This document shows positions 50,926 to 60,360 of a DNA stretch of 64,000 nt, piece by piece (the first letter of the stretch is position 1; every line of letters starts with the position of its first letter). The position numbers and the translations under genes are program-made. The notes below the pieces were generated by a model, which saw only the letters and a program-made list of their open reading frames with translations, made no database searches and was not told where the DNA came from. The stretch is from Bdellovibrionales bacterium. Its GTDB lineage: Bacteria > Bdellovibrionota > Bdellovibrionia > Bdellovibrionales > UBA1609. The DNA is taken from the NCBI GenBank assembly GCA_965199825.1, contig OZ241329.1, positions 1,184,001 through 1,248,000 on the forward strand, given 5' to 3'.

Positions 50926-52281
50926 TTAACGGTCTCTTTCTAAAGCTTTATAACTTTCGGTGTCCTGCACCGGCATATGAGTAAGAGACGATTCAAAATG
51001 CGCGAAGCCCGTAATCAATTTTTTAGATGGCACTGTCATCTTTAAATCTGCAACTTGATCTAGAGCTAAGACAAGACGCTTAAAAAGCTCGGCGTGAGCG
51101 GTTGTCATCCTCAAGAAGGTAAATTCCTGATCCGCAAAGGTGGAGGTCACAAAATCTTTTTCGCCATCTTTCAAACCTTTAATAATGTTGCGGCCGTTCG
51201 GATCGAATGACTGAGGAACATCGAGGATTAAATTGAATGTTTCGACATAGTAAAGTTGAAGCATTCTAAAAATTAATTCGAGGACCTCGGCAGGTTTCTT
51301 ATTTGTAAAAGCAAAAACGTAGTCGGTTTCAGAAAATTGCAACAACTGAATCGGGCCTTGGTTTTGAAATTCAAAAACCTTGGGTCTATGGTTACTGGCA
51401 AAAAATGGTGGTCGTAGCGCATAAAACCAATAGGGAACCGTGACGTTTGGCGAATTTCGAAAAACCACTCTGTACCTATGTGCAACGTCTCGACGTATTT
51501 TATTTTGTTGGTCTGTTAAGGATTTGTACCAATGCGTGACCTCGGCCGATCGGGTGTCAACATCGCGAGCGAGATAGCGCACAATACCTGGCCAGCTTTC
51601 CATCATATCTGCAACTCTGCGAATGCGTGGAAAATCCCATTCCCATTTATCAAAGGCCCACTCTGTTCCTGGAAAAGGAATAAACGCATGCATCGCACGG
51701 AGCCTAATTTGGGTTGTAGTGGCTAGTGCGAAAACATATCCGATTTCGGCATGATCTTTCTGACTCGGATCGATTTCATAGAAGCCGGACTCGAAATAGG
51801 GCTGCAGCGTAAAATAATCTTTCAACAAAATACTTTTAACATCGACCAAACCCGAGACCGCTGCCGTCGCCTCGACACAACAGTATTGATGAATGGTAGG
51901 ACCAGACTCATAAAGCTCAAAAATTTTCGACGCAAAAGAAACTCCACGAGCCACATCAATCCAAACATTTTTTTTGTTGGCCATCTGAAGAGATTCAATT
52001 TTGAGTTGCTCGGCGTCGTCGCTACCGACTCGAAGCTTTTCAACATCAGTCACACGCGGCCAATCACCAGCTTGCGCGGGGTCGACTGAAAATAAAATTT
52101 GTTTATCTAGGTAGTTTATAAACGCGGCGTCTGGATTGGGTAATAAAGTGACGGGGCGGGTGGCCTTGTAAAGCAGCGGGGCGCATACGTCAATTGTGTT
52201 GCTCATCACCATTGCTTGGAAGTTTGTATCAAAATAAGGTTGAGCAAATGCGCTACTAAGGAAAAATAAAAGCTGAAGCAT
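50926..52281 (-). CDS. Hypothetical exported protein
   Basis: Signal peptide MLQLLFFLSSAFA; early VCAPLL. Confidence 0.65.
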   Translation of the reverse strand: MLQLLFFLSSAFAQPYFDTNFQAMVMSNTIDVCAPLLYKATRPVTLLPNPDAAFINYLDKQILFSVDPAQAGDWPRVTDVEKLRVGSDDAEQLKIESLQMANKKNVWIDVARGVSFASKIFELYESGPTIHQYCCVEATAAVSGLVDVKSILLKDYFTLQPYFESGFYEIDPSQKDHAEIGYVFALATTTQIRLRAMHAFIPFPGTEWAFDKWEWDFPRIRRVADMMESWPGIVRYLARDVDTRSAEVTHWYKSLTDQQNKIRRDVAHRYRVVFRNSPNVTVPYWFYALRPPFFASNHRPKVFEFQNQGPIQLLQFSETDYVFAFTNKKPAEVLELIFRMLQLYYVETFNLILDVPQSFDPNGRNIIKGLKDGEKDFVTSTFADQEFTFLRMTTAHAELFKRLVLALDQVADLKMTVPSKKLITGFAHFESSLTHMPVQDTESYKALERDR

Positions 52282-52293
52282 GATTGAGCCAGA

Positions 52294-52309
52294 AGCAATA
52301 AGCGGACCT
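52294..52309 (-). promoter_or_regulatory. Putative sigma54 promoter
   Basis: Minus strand AGGTCCGCTTATTGCT = GG-N10-GC, 13 nt before ATG 52281. Confidence 0.55.
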
Positions 52310-52899
52310 TAAAGATCTCCACCTTTGAGCACGGTCACAATGGTTTTTGTAACTGTTCGTAGAGCTTCGACCACACCGGCACCACTATTTGCGGTGGCCT
52401 CAAAATCGGGGGCGTTAAAGCGATTTAAAGAAGATCGGAGCTCGGCAATGGTCATTGCATTTGGAAGATCGCGTTTGTTGTATTGAAACACCAATGGGAT
52501 TTCTTGGATTCCGTAGCCTTGTTGATCTAAGTTTTTACGCAAATTTTCGAGCGACTGGAGATTTTCTTCCATACGTTCTGCTTGCGAGTCGGCAACAAAG
52601 ATCACTCCATCAAGCCCTTTTAATATGAGTTTGCGACTGGCATCGTAAACAACTTGGCCAGGGACTGTATAAAGGTGAAATCGTGTGCGAAAGCCCTGAA
52701 TATCGCCCGCGTCCACAGGCAAAAAATCAAAAAACAAAGTGCGCTCAACGGCTGTGGGTAAAGAAAACATTTCTGATTTATCTTGCGAAATTGTTTTTTG
52801 ATACACCCACTGAAGATTTGTGGTTTTGCCACTGAGTGAAGGGCCATAGTAAACAACTTTGCAGTGAATTTCTTTTGCGTTGTAGTTAATAAATGACAT
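52309..52899 (-). CDS. mglA: Ras-like GTPase MglA
   Basis: MSFINY..KEIHCKVVYYGPSLSGKTTN, RTLFFDF, YTVPGQ, NKRD. Confidence 0.95.
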   Translation of the reverse strand: MSFINYNAKEIHCKVVYYGPSLSGKTTNLQWVYQKTISQDKSEMFSLPTAVERTLFFDFLPVDAGDIQGFRTRFHLYTVPGQVVYDASRKLILKGLDGVIFVADSQAERMEENLQSLENLRKNLDQQGYGIQEIPLVFQYNKRDLPNAMTIAELRSSLNRFNAPDFEATANSGAGVVEALRTVTKTIVTVLKGGDL

Positions 52900-53519
52900 T
52901 AAAGCTGCACCCGATTTTCAATTGCTCGTCCAAGCGTTCGATAATCCACATAATCGATATCGCCACCAAAAGGGACACCGTGAGCAATCCGTGTGATTTT
53001 GACGTCACGTTCGCGAAGTGCTCTGGCAAGATAAAGCACTGTGGTGTCGCCCTCAAGATCGGCGTCTAAGGCAAGGATGACTTCTTTAATCTCAGGACGC
53101 AATCCTTTTTGACCGTTATCAATTTTCTCTAACAGCTCTTTAATTTTTAAATCATCGGGCGAAATCCCCTCAAGCGGTGAGATCGCTCCATGAAGCACAT
53201 GATACCTTCCGCGAAACACGTTTGAACTCTCGATGCGAATAATATCTGAGGGCTCTTCAACCACACATAAGCTGTCGTTGTGACGTGAGGGCTCAATACA
53301 AAAATGGCAAAGCCCTTCGTTCTCGGTAAAAGAAAAACACTGTGGACATTGGCGCACCAAAGTTTTTATTTTCTGCAGTGCATCTCTTAACGAATCCACA
53401 TTTTCTGAGGGCTGTTGCAGAAGATGATACGCCAAGCGCTGCGCCGATTTTGGCCCAATGCCCGGAAGGCGGGTGAGTTCATGAACAAGCTGCTCGAGTG
53501 AGGGAACATGAAGAATCAT
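52899..53519 (-). CDS. recR: Recombination protein RecR
   Basis: LPGIGPKSAQR HhH, C4 zinc finger, YHVLHG, Toprim domain. Confidence 0.96.
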   Translation of the reverse strand: MILHVPSLEQLVHELTRLPGIGPKSAQRLAYHLLQQPSENVDSLRDALQKIKTLVRQCPQCFSFTENEGLCHFCIEPSRHNDSLCVVEEPSDIIRIESSNVFRGRYHVLHGAISPLEGISPDDLKIKELLEKIDNGQKGLRPEIKEVILALDADLEGDTTVLYLARALRERDVKITRIAHGVPFGGDIDYVDYRTLGRAIENRVQL

Positions 53520-53836
53520 TAAAACAACCCAGGTATTCCTGCGCCGCCGGTGATCTTGGACATCTCTTCTTGCGAAGTTGTTTTGGCAAGTTTAATGGCT
53601 TCGTTGGTTGCGGCCTTTACAAGATCTTGTAGCATCTCCACATCGCCTGCCACATCGGGATGGATCACAAGTGATGCGATCATGTTGTCGCCAGTAACTT
53701 TAACTTTGACTCCACCACCGCCAGCGCTGCCTTCGAATTCTTTTGTTGCAAGCTCTTCTTGCATCTTTTTAATCCGCGCCTGCATCTGATTGGCCTGTCG
53801 AAGCATGGCCTGCATGCCGCCGCCAAATCCCTTCAT
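53519..53836 (-). CDS. ybaB: YbaB/EbfC nucleoid-associated protein
   Basis: QANQMQ...GSAGGG.VKV...DVEMLQDLV.AA.N; lies between dnaX and recR. Confidence 0.93.
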   Translation of the reverse strand: MKGFGGGMQAMLRQANQMQARIKKMQEELATKEFEGSAGGGGVKVKVTGDNMIASLVIHPDVAGDVEMLQDLVKAATNEAIKLAKTTSQEEMSKITGGAGIPGLF

Positions 53837-55422
53837 GATTTTATCTCCTTGATGTTTTTTATTTCGCTTTTAAATAATTGCTGTGTTGATTTCACAAGCG
53901 GATGATTCTCTACCTGAAGCCGGATCTCTGCACGCTCTTTTTGTGCGCGCTGCTCCTCAAGATTTTTTGGTGTGGCCTCGACTTCACCATCGCCCAATTG
54001 AAATTGGAGCGAGTGACCAGGACCCCAAAATGTGGTGAGATAATTCTGCAATTTTTTTTGAAAATTAACGTCTTGCACTTGCTCGTACAAAAATTTGAGC
54101 TTAGGCGGAATCCCAATCACCAATTTTTGCTCATCCATTGTTTTCAAAAAAGAATTTTCTAATTTTGCGCCCACCAAAGGATTGACTGCCTTAATTTTTT
54201 CAACAAGGTCGAGCCACTTTTCAGGAAGAGTAACGGGCCCCTTCTTTTTTTGAACAACTTCGACTGGTGGAGCAACCGTTTTTACCTCAACCGTTTTTTT
54301 TGTTTTTGGCTTTTCGGACATTCGCATAATGTCTTGAACGCGGGGGGCTTCGGCCATACGGAGCAAAAGCATTTCGAGCACAATTTTTGTGTCGGTTGAG
54401 CGCACCAAATCTTGGGCACCTTTAAGGGCCATATCAAACAACAAATGAATATCTTCGTGACCCAAACCTTTGGAAACTTCGATCAAAACCTTGATTTCAC
54501 TTTCGGGCAGATCGAGCTGGGCTTGGGGTGAGAGGCGCAAAAACAAAAGATTTCGCAAGCTCTCTAAAAGATCCTGGATAAAAATGCGGGCATCAAATCC
54601 GCCATCTGAAATTCTGTCGCAAATTGACAGCACCCGATTTACATCGCGGGTTGCGAGGGCTTCGACCGTTTCGGTCAGTAAACGTCGATCGGTCAACCCC
54701 AACACATCAAGAGTTTGGGTAAGAGTAATTTCTGAATCGGCAAAGGTGATCACCTGATCAAGCAGACTTAATGAATCCCGCATCGAGCCTTCACCTTGCC
54801 GAGCGATGAGCCAAAGGGCGTCTTTGTTGGCGTTAATTTTTTCGGCCTCACAAATTTTTGCCAGTTGTTCGGTTACAAGTTGGGTGCTGATTCTTCTGAA
54901 ATCAAACCGCTGACAACGAGACAAAATGGTTGCAGGAATTTTATGAACTTCGGTTGTGGCCATGATAAACAAAACATGTTCAGGCGGCTCTTCTAAAGTT
55001 TTGAGCAAAGCATTAAAGGCCGCGGTCGAAAGCATATGAACTTCGTCGATAATATAAACTTTGCGAGTGCCACTGGAGGGCATGTAGCCCACACGGTCGA
55101 TCAGTTCGCGAACGCTATCGACACCGTTGTTGCTTGCACCATCGATTTCGATCACATCGAGGGCGCGGCCTAAAGCAATATCGACACACTCTTTACACAC
55201 ACCACAGGGAACAAAATCGGTTGAGTTGGGACAGCGAACCGCTTTTGCCAAAATGCGCGCCGAAGAAGTTTTGCCGGTTCCTCGTGGCCCTGTGAGTAAG
55301 AGCGCATGATGAAGACGATGATTTTTTAGGGCGTTCAGCAGGGTTTGTGTGACATGGTTTTGCCCCACCAATTCCGAAAAATTTTGTGGTCGCCATTTTC
55401 GTGCGATCACCTGGTAGGCCAA
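53833..55422 (-). CDS. dnaX: DNA polymerase III gamma/tau
   Basis: YQVIARKWRP, GPRGTGKT, DEVHML, LEEPP, SRC; TTG start at 55422 after AAGGAG. Confidence 0.96.
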   Translation of the reverse strand: MAYQVIARKWRPQNFSELVGQNHVTQTLLNALKNHRLHHALLLTGPRGTGKTSSARILAKAVRCPNSTDFVPCGVCKECVDIALGRALDVIEIDGASNNGVDSVRELIDRVGYMPSSGTRKVYIIDEVHMLSTAAFNALLKTLEEPPEHVLFIMATTEVHKIPATILSRCQRFDFRRISTQLVTEQLAKICEAEKINANKDALWLIARQGEGSMRDSLSLLDQVITFADSEITLTQTLDVLGLTDRRLLTETVEALATRDVNRVLSICDRISDGGFDARIFIQDLLESLRNLLFLRLSPQAQLDLPESEIKVLIEVSKGLGHEDIHLLFDMALKGAQDLVRSTDTKIVLEMLLLRMAEAPRVQDIMRMSEKPKTKKTVEVKTVAPPVEVVQKKKGPVTLPEKWLDLVEKIKAVNPLVGAKLENSFLKTMDEQKLVIGIPPKLKFLYEQVQDVNFQKKLQNYLTTFWGPGHSLQFQLGDGEVEATPKNLEEQRAQKERAEIRLQVENHPLVKSTQQLFKSEIKNIKEIKS

Positions 55423-55449
55423 GAGCTCTCCTTGAGATAAATAAAAAGT

Positions 55450-55545
55450 GGCTAGGCGCCCCACATCACATAAGTTTCCAGCTACCGTTGCTTCCTTTCG
55501 GACCTAGCGGGATTTGCTAGCCACGTTATTGTGTGGGACCCAGCC
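55450..55545 (-). ncRNA. ffs: Signal recognition particle RNA (4.5S)
   Basis: Minus strand GCTAGGTCCGAAAGGAAGCAAC domain IV in a long hairpin closed by GGCTGGG/CCTAGCC; upstream of dnaX; ends approximate. Confidence 0.9.
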
Positions 55546-55667
55546 GAGGAGCACCTTACTGAAAATATGCCGCAGAAGCTAGGGATCTTTACGCTCAAAA
55601 AAAATTCATGCAGGCTTTAAAACGGGTTACGGCATTGCGTCCGGCCCATTTAACAAAAGGAGCAAAA

Positions 55668-57905
55668 GTGAGCATTTCCTTCAACAGCGCAGCCGCGCGA
55701 TTTCGGGTTTTAGGTGAGATTCATAATCGCACGCCAAAGCGATTTGATCCGCCACGGGATGAATCGGGCCGCCGCCTCAAAATTTCGGAATTTTTTGGTC
55801 AAAATGTTTTTGATTTACCAAAAATGGAATCGGCTCTTTCAAAACAAGTTTATGCCAAATTTGTTTCAACCATCGAGACCGGAAAAAAATTAGACTCAGA
55901 TGTGGCGAGCAATGTGGCAAAGGCGGTCAAAGATTGGGCTATGGCAAAAGGTGTGACCCATTACACTCATTGGTTTCAGCCTTTGACCGGCCTCACTGCA
56001 GAAAAGCACGACGCATTTATTTGGCCCGAAGAAAATCACAAGGTGATCGAAAAATTTTCTGAATCGATGCTTGTTCAAAGTGAGCCCGATGCTTCGAGCT
56101 TTCCTTCAGGTGGAATGCGCACCACCTTTGAGGCTCGAGGATATGCGGCGTGGGACCCGACCTCGCCCATGTTTATTATGGAAGCCCCAGGAACCAAAAC
56201 GCTCTGTATCCCTTCTGTTTTTATTAGCTATCACGGTCATGCGCTTGATGAAAAAACCGCACTCCTCAGATCAAGTGAAGCGTTGTCGAAGCAAGCCTGC
56301 GAGCTGCTCCATTTGGTTGGCGAAAAAAAAATTAAGCGAATCGTCCCCACCTTGGGAGTGGAGCAAGAATATTTCTTGATTGATCGCGCGTACATCAATT
56401 TGCGGCCCGATTTGCTGTTGTCAGGTCGATCTCTCCTGGGCAGTCAGCCGCCCAAGGGTCAGCAACTTGAGGATCATTATTTTGGCAGCATCCCCGCGCG
56501 GGTTCAGGGCTTTATGTCGGAGATGGAATTTGAACTTTACAAATTGGGTGTGCCGATAAAAACCCGGCATAACGAAGTGGCTCCCGGCCAGTTTGAAACA
56601 GCTCCTGTTTTTGAGCCCGCAAATGTGGCGACCGATCACAATCAAGTTTGCATGGAAGTGATTCGCAAAGTGGCTCTTCGTCATGGATTTACAGCTTTGC
56701 TTCATGAAAAACCATTTGCCGGAATTAATGGTTCAGGCAAGCACAACAATTGGTCGATGCAGGTGAGTGCCTCAGACGAGAGTATCAATGGGGATAATCT
56801 TTTAGAGCCTGGAAAAACCCCACACGAAAACATTCGATTTTTATTAATTTTGTGTTCGATTTTAAAAGGAGTGCATCAACACGCAGGTTTGCTCAGAGCC
56901 TCGATTGCATCGAGTGGAAATGATCATCGACTTGGAGCAAACGAAGCACCGCCTGCAATCATCTCGATATTTCTAGGCAATATGCTGACACGTATTTGTG
57001 ATGAGATCGAAGCTGGCAAAGTGTCTTCGGCCAATGCCGAAAAAGTTGTGATCGAATTAGGTTTAAGTCATTTGCCAGATCTGATGCGCGACAATACCGA
57101 TCGCAATAGAACTTCGCCCTTTGCGTTTACCGGAAACAAATTTGAGTTTCGCGCGGTGGGTTCGGGGGCAAACACTGCCTTTCCAACAACAGTTTTAAAT
57201 ACCGCGGTTGCCGACGGCATGATGGAGATTTCAAAACGACTTAAAAAACTCGGAATCTCTGGAAATATCAAAACCGACACACCCAAAATTTTTGATGTGA
57301 TTCGTGAAATCATCAAAGAGACTAAATCAATTCGGTTTGAAGGAAACGGCTACTCTGCAGAGTGGGTCGTTGAAGCCGAGCGCCGCGGACTCAAAAATTT
57401 ACGCCAGTCTCCAGAGGCCATTGCCGAATTGATTTCGGATGAAGCCCTAAAAGTTTTTACCGCGCACGGAGTGTTGACAGAGGCCGAGGTGCACTCGCGT
57501 TTCAATGTGAGACTCGAGCGGTATATCAAAAATTTGCAGATCGAAGTGGACTGCTTAAAGAGTATGGTGAACACCCAGATTATGCCGGCCTGTTTGCTCT
57601 ACCACGGGACTTTGAGTCAGGGGGCAAGGGATGCAACCAAGTGTGGAATCGAGGCGCCACAGCGAGCGATACTTGAGGATTTGTCGCACCATTTGGCAAC
57701 GGCCCAAAAGAAAATGATAAAATTGAATCAGGCCGCAAAAGCCGCCGAAGACATTCACGACGAATATAAAAAAGCAGATATGTATGCTCATGCGGTCTCG
57801 CAGGCGATGATGGATTTAAGGCAAGTGGTCGACGAAATGGAAGATCTAGTCATCGATGACATATGGCCCTTGCCAAAATATCGTGAGATGTTGTTTATCT
57901 CATAA
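55668..57905 (+). CDS. Glutamine synthetase type III
   Basis: HYTHWFQPLTG, EPDASSFPSGG, HNEVAP, HEKPFAGINGSGKH, DRNRTSPF; GTG 55668 after AAGGAG. Confidence 0.95.
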   Translation: MSISFNSAAARFRVLGEIHNRTPKRFDPPRDESGRRLKISEFFGQNVFDLPKMESALSKQVYAKFVSTIETGKKLDSDVASNVAKAVKDWAMAKGVTHYTHWFQPLTGLTAEKHDAFIWPEENHKVIEKFSESMLVQSEPDASSFPSGGMRTTFEARGYAAWDPTSPMFIMEAPGTKTLCIPSVFISYHGHALDEKTALLRSSEALSKQACELLHLVGEKKIKRIVPTLGVEQEYFLIDRAYINLRPDLLLSGRSLLGSQPPKGQQLEDHYFGSIPARVQGFMSEMEFELYKLGVPIKTRHNEVAPGQFETAPVFEPANVATDHNQVCMEVIRKVALRHGFTALLHEKPFAGINGSGKHNNWSMQVSASDESINGDNLLEPGKTPHENIRFLLILCSILKGVHQHAGLLRASIASSGNDHRLGANEAPPAIISIFLGNMLTRICDEIEAGKVSSANAEKVVIELGLSHLPDLMRDNTDRNRTSPFAFTGNKFEFRAVGSGANTAFPTTVLNTAVADGMMEISKRLKKLGISGNIKTDTPKIFDVIREIIKETKSIRFEGNGYSAEWVVEAERRGLKNLRQSPEAIAELISDEALKVFTAHGVLTEAEVHSRFNVRLERYIKNLQIEVDCLKSMVNTQIMPACLLYHGTLSQGARDATKCGIEAPQRAILEDLSHHLATAQKKMIKLNQAAKAAEDIHDEYKKADMYAHAVSQAMMDLRQVVDEMEDLVIDDIWPLPKYREMLFIS

Positions 57906-57923
57906 ACTTTTTTTGGTTGAGCA

Positions 57924-57944
57924 CCTGTCCAATGTTTGGACAGG
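57924..57944. other. Perfect 9-bp hairpin after GSIII (possible terminator or stabiliser)
   Basis: CCTGTCCAA-TGT-TTGGACAGG; no U-tract follows. Confidence 0.45.
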
Positions 57945-57970
57945 GGGCTGTCTCATAAGCGAGCAGAGGT

Positions 57971-57986
57971 TGGAACAGCGTTTGTA
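57971..57986 (+). promoter_or_regulatory. Putative sigma54 promoter (variant -12)
   Basis: TGGAACAGCGTTTGTA, 13 nt before ATG 57999. Confidence 0.4.
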
Positions 57987-57998
57987 ATGATGATGGTT

Positions 57999-58748
57999 AT
58001 GAAGAAGCTTATATATTTCATATTGATCATGTTGCCGACGCTCAGCCTCGCCGATGTTTGCGACGATCCCGAAATTTTAAAAATTTCGGAAGGGCTCACG
58101 CTTCAATCGAGCTTATGCGCTCAAAACGTCAGTGACTCTTTGTTGGGATCAAGAAACATCCACCTTCCCCCACCGGTGCCGTATTATAGAAACGAAAAAC
58201 GCACCGAAGCCAAAGCCGAAATCTTTTGTAAGGATTGTGCTGAAGCTCGCAAACACCCTGTGATGCCTGAACATATTCAAGTGCCTATGGCTGCTCCGGT
58301 TGCGGGTGCGGTTGCGGGCAATTCTGTAGCTAGCAATTCGTTTGGGCCGATTACAACTCAGACCATCACTTTCTACAATTTACCTGGCAATATCACCGCA
58401 GCAGGAAACAAATTTAGTAGGGGTGCGATGAGAGCCGCAATGCCTGCTTCAAATTCGCAAAGAATTAAGGCTGGCGCTTGGTACCGCATATATAATCAAG
58501 ATGGAAAATCGGTTGATGTTTGTGTGAATGATCATTTGCCCTCACGAAATCAAGGGCTTGATTTAACACCTGGAGCATTTAGTCGAATTGCACCCCTTGG
58601 CGCCGGCAAACTTCAGTTGCGCATGCAGCGTATTGCCGAACCTCCACCCGGTGTTCCAAAACAATATGCCTGTGATTCTCGATATGCCTCTTGGCATCCA
58701 GAAAATGGATCAAGCACTCAAATCGCTGCGGCTCGATCGCGCCGATAA
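57999..58748 (+). CDS. Exported RlpA-like double-psi beta-barrel protein
   Basis: Signal peptide; TAAGNKF...MRAA...GKSVDVCVND...LDLTPGAFSRI. Confidence 0.75.
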   Translation: MKKLIYFILIMLPTLSLADVCDDPEILKISEGLTLQSSLCAQNVSDSLLGSRNIHLPPPVPYYRNEKRTEAKAEIFCKDCAEARKHPVMPEHIQVPMAAPVAGAVAGNSVASNSFGPITTQTITFYNLPGNITAAGNKFSRGAMRAAMPASNSQRIKAGAWYRIYNQDGKSVDVCVNDHLPSRNQGLDLTPGAFSRIAPLGAGKLQLRMQRIAEPPPGVPKQYACDSRYASWHPENGSSTQIAAARSRR

Positions 58749-58875
58749 TTTTTCGCTTGTGGTTTTGGGCGGGGCTTGGTTTTTGACTTGGAATTGGGAC
58801 GGCCGGCTTTCGCTGGCCTGGTTTGTAGCGCTTACTGGTTCGAACCCAAAGAGCTGATTGAAATTAAATTTTTAT

Positions 58876-59391
58876 AAATGACACTGCCCCATTCATTTTA
58901 TCAATTTCAGGGCTGACAAATTCTTTTAATACTTGTCTTTGATTTTTCAAAAATGTTTTCCGTATAAATTAATTCCATCTAAGAATTTTTTAAAATTTCA
59001 AAGTCTTGGATGAGCTGCGTTTCAATCAACAAGGTGAGCTAGTTTTTTTTTGGGAGCTCGTCAATTCAGAAACTGAATGCAGAACTTATCTGTTTTAAAA
59101 TATAAATTTCGCAAACGGTTTATCAATGCCTCTGTTACTCTAGCCCTAAGCAACTAATTCCATCCAGATCTTTAAAAATGTCGAGACTAAATCCGGAAGT
59201 GTCTAAACTTTTAATAATGACAGTGCCCCCGTTAAATAGATTTTATTGTTTCGGCAAAATTAAATCTTATCAAAATTCGGCTATCATTTTTTTTAAAATG
59301 GCGTTACCCCAATTAAAAATATTTATCTAAATTCATTAAGCCCAGTTTGAAAAATCAATTTGCCCGTCATTAAAAATGACATTGCCCTCAA
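58876..59391. repeat. Four dispersed REP-like motifs (AATG(A/G)CnnT(G/A)CCC)
   Basis: AAATGACACTGCCCCATT (58876), AATGACAGTGCCCCCGTT (59216), AAATGGCGTTACCCCAATT (59296), AAATGACATTGCCCTCAA (59374). Confidence 0.7.
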
Positions 59392-59436
59392 AAAAATAAA
59401 TTGCATGGCATAAACAAATATAGTAATGTTTCTCCT

Positions 59437-60003
59437 ATGAAACAGCTTTCTCTATTCGAATTCAAATCTAAAACTTCTCATGGAGGAAAGATCAATTTCG
59501 GTCGGCGAAAGTGTGCCAGACCTTTAGATAAAAATCGCATCCAACACGTCGTGATGAGATCTCAACATGCAAAGGGCGAGAGGAGCTTTAGGAATTTTAA
59601 ATTAAAAGTTGAGCTTGAAAATCTAATTCGCGACAAAGCTCAACGATATGGAATACGTATTGCCGAACTCAGCAACGTTGGAAATCATTTTCACATCCTA
59701 ATCCGTTTTCAAAATCGGCAACTGCTCAAAACATTTTTTAAGGTCACGATGGGGCTGATCGCACGCCTTGTTACCAAAGCTCAAAAAGGCAAACCATTTG
59801 GTCGATTTTGGGATGGAATTGTATTCACCCGAATTGTTTCAAAGGGACGAGATGAAGCACGGATGCGTGATTATTTGTACGCCAACAAAATTGAGGCTGA
59901 AGAGGGTGGATATTCTCGAAATCGGTTTGAGAGCGAAACTAAAAAGTTTTGGAGGGGACGGCAAAAGACGAGACGATCACACACAATGGAATTTGGCAGC
60001 TGA
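59437..60003 (+). mobile_element. RAYT/IS200-like Y1 (HUH) transposase, intact
   Basis: MKQLSLF...HGG...RPL...HVVMRS, HUH (NHFHI), FW...FTRIV, catalytic-Tyr-like YLYAN. Confidence 0.82.
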
Positions 60004-60145
60004 GCCTAGCGTGCGCGCACTTTCTTAGAACGGATGAAATTTAAATTGATTTATTAGTTCGCCGTGAAAGGGCCCACACGAAATGAATTCACAGCCCGGC
60101 CAAATCGCAAAGCTCACCCACGCCCAACCAAACCCGAACGAAGGT

Positions 60146-60170
60146 AAAAAAGCCGGGCCCCACGCCCGGC
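60146..60170 (-). terminator. Rho-independent terminator
   Basis: Minus strand GCCGGGC-GTGGG-GCCCGGC-TTTTTT, 13 nt after the stop at 60184. Confidence 0.8.
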
Positions 60171-60183
60171 GTCCAAGGACAAA

Positions 60184-60360
60184 TTAATTTACTTTGGTTT
60201 CTTTTTTAACTTCATGCTTTTTATGCTTGGCGCTGGCGACCACTTTTTTCTCAATCGAAACTGCTTTGATCTCTTGTTTGGCTTCGGGTGATTTCACAAT
60301 ATCGTCGGCGGCATAGGCTGCAGTAAAAGACATCATTGCAAGAACCATAAGTGTTTTCAT
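60184..60360 (-). CDS. Small exported Lys/His-rich protein (58 aa; not in ORF track)
   Basis: MKTLMVLAMMSFTAAYA signal peptide, AAGGAG SD and its own terminator. Confidence 0.75.
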   Translation of the reverse strand: MKTLMVLAMMSFTAAYAADDIVKSPEAKQEIKAVSIEKKVVASAKHKKHEVKKETKVN

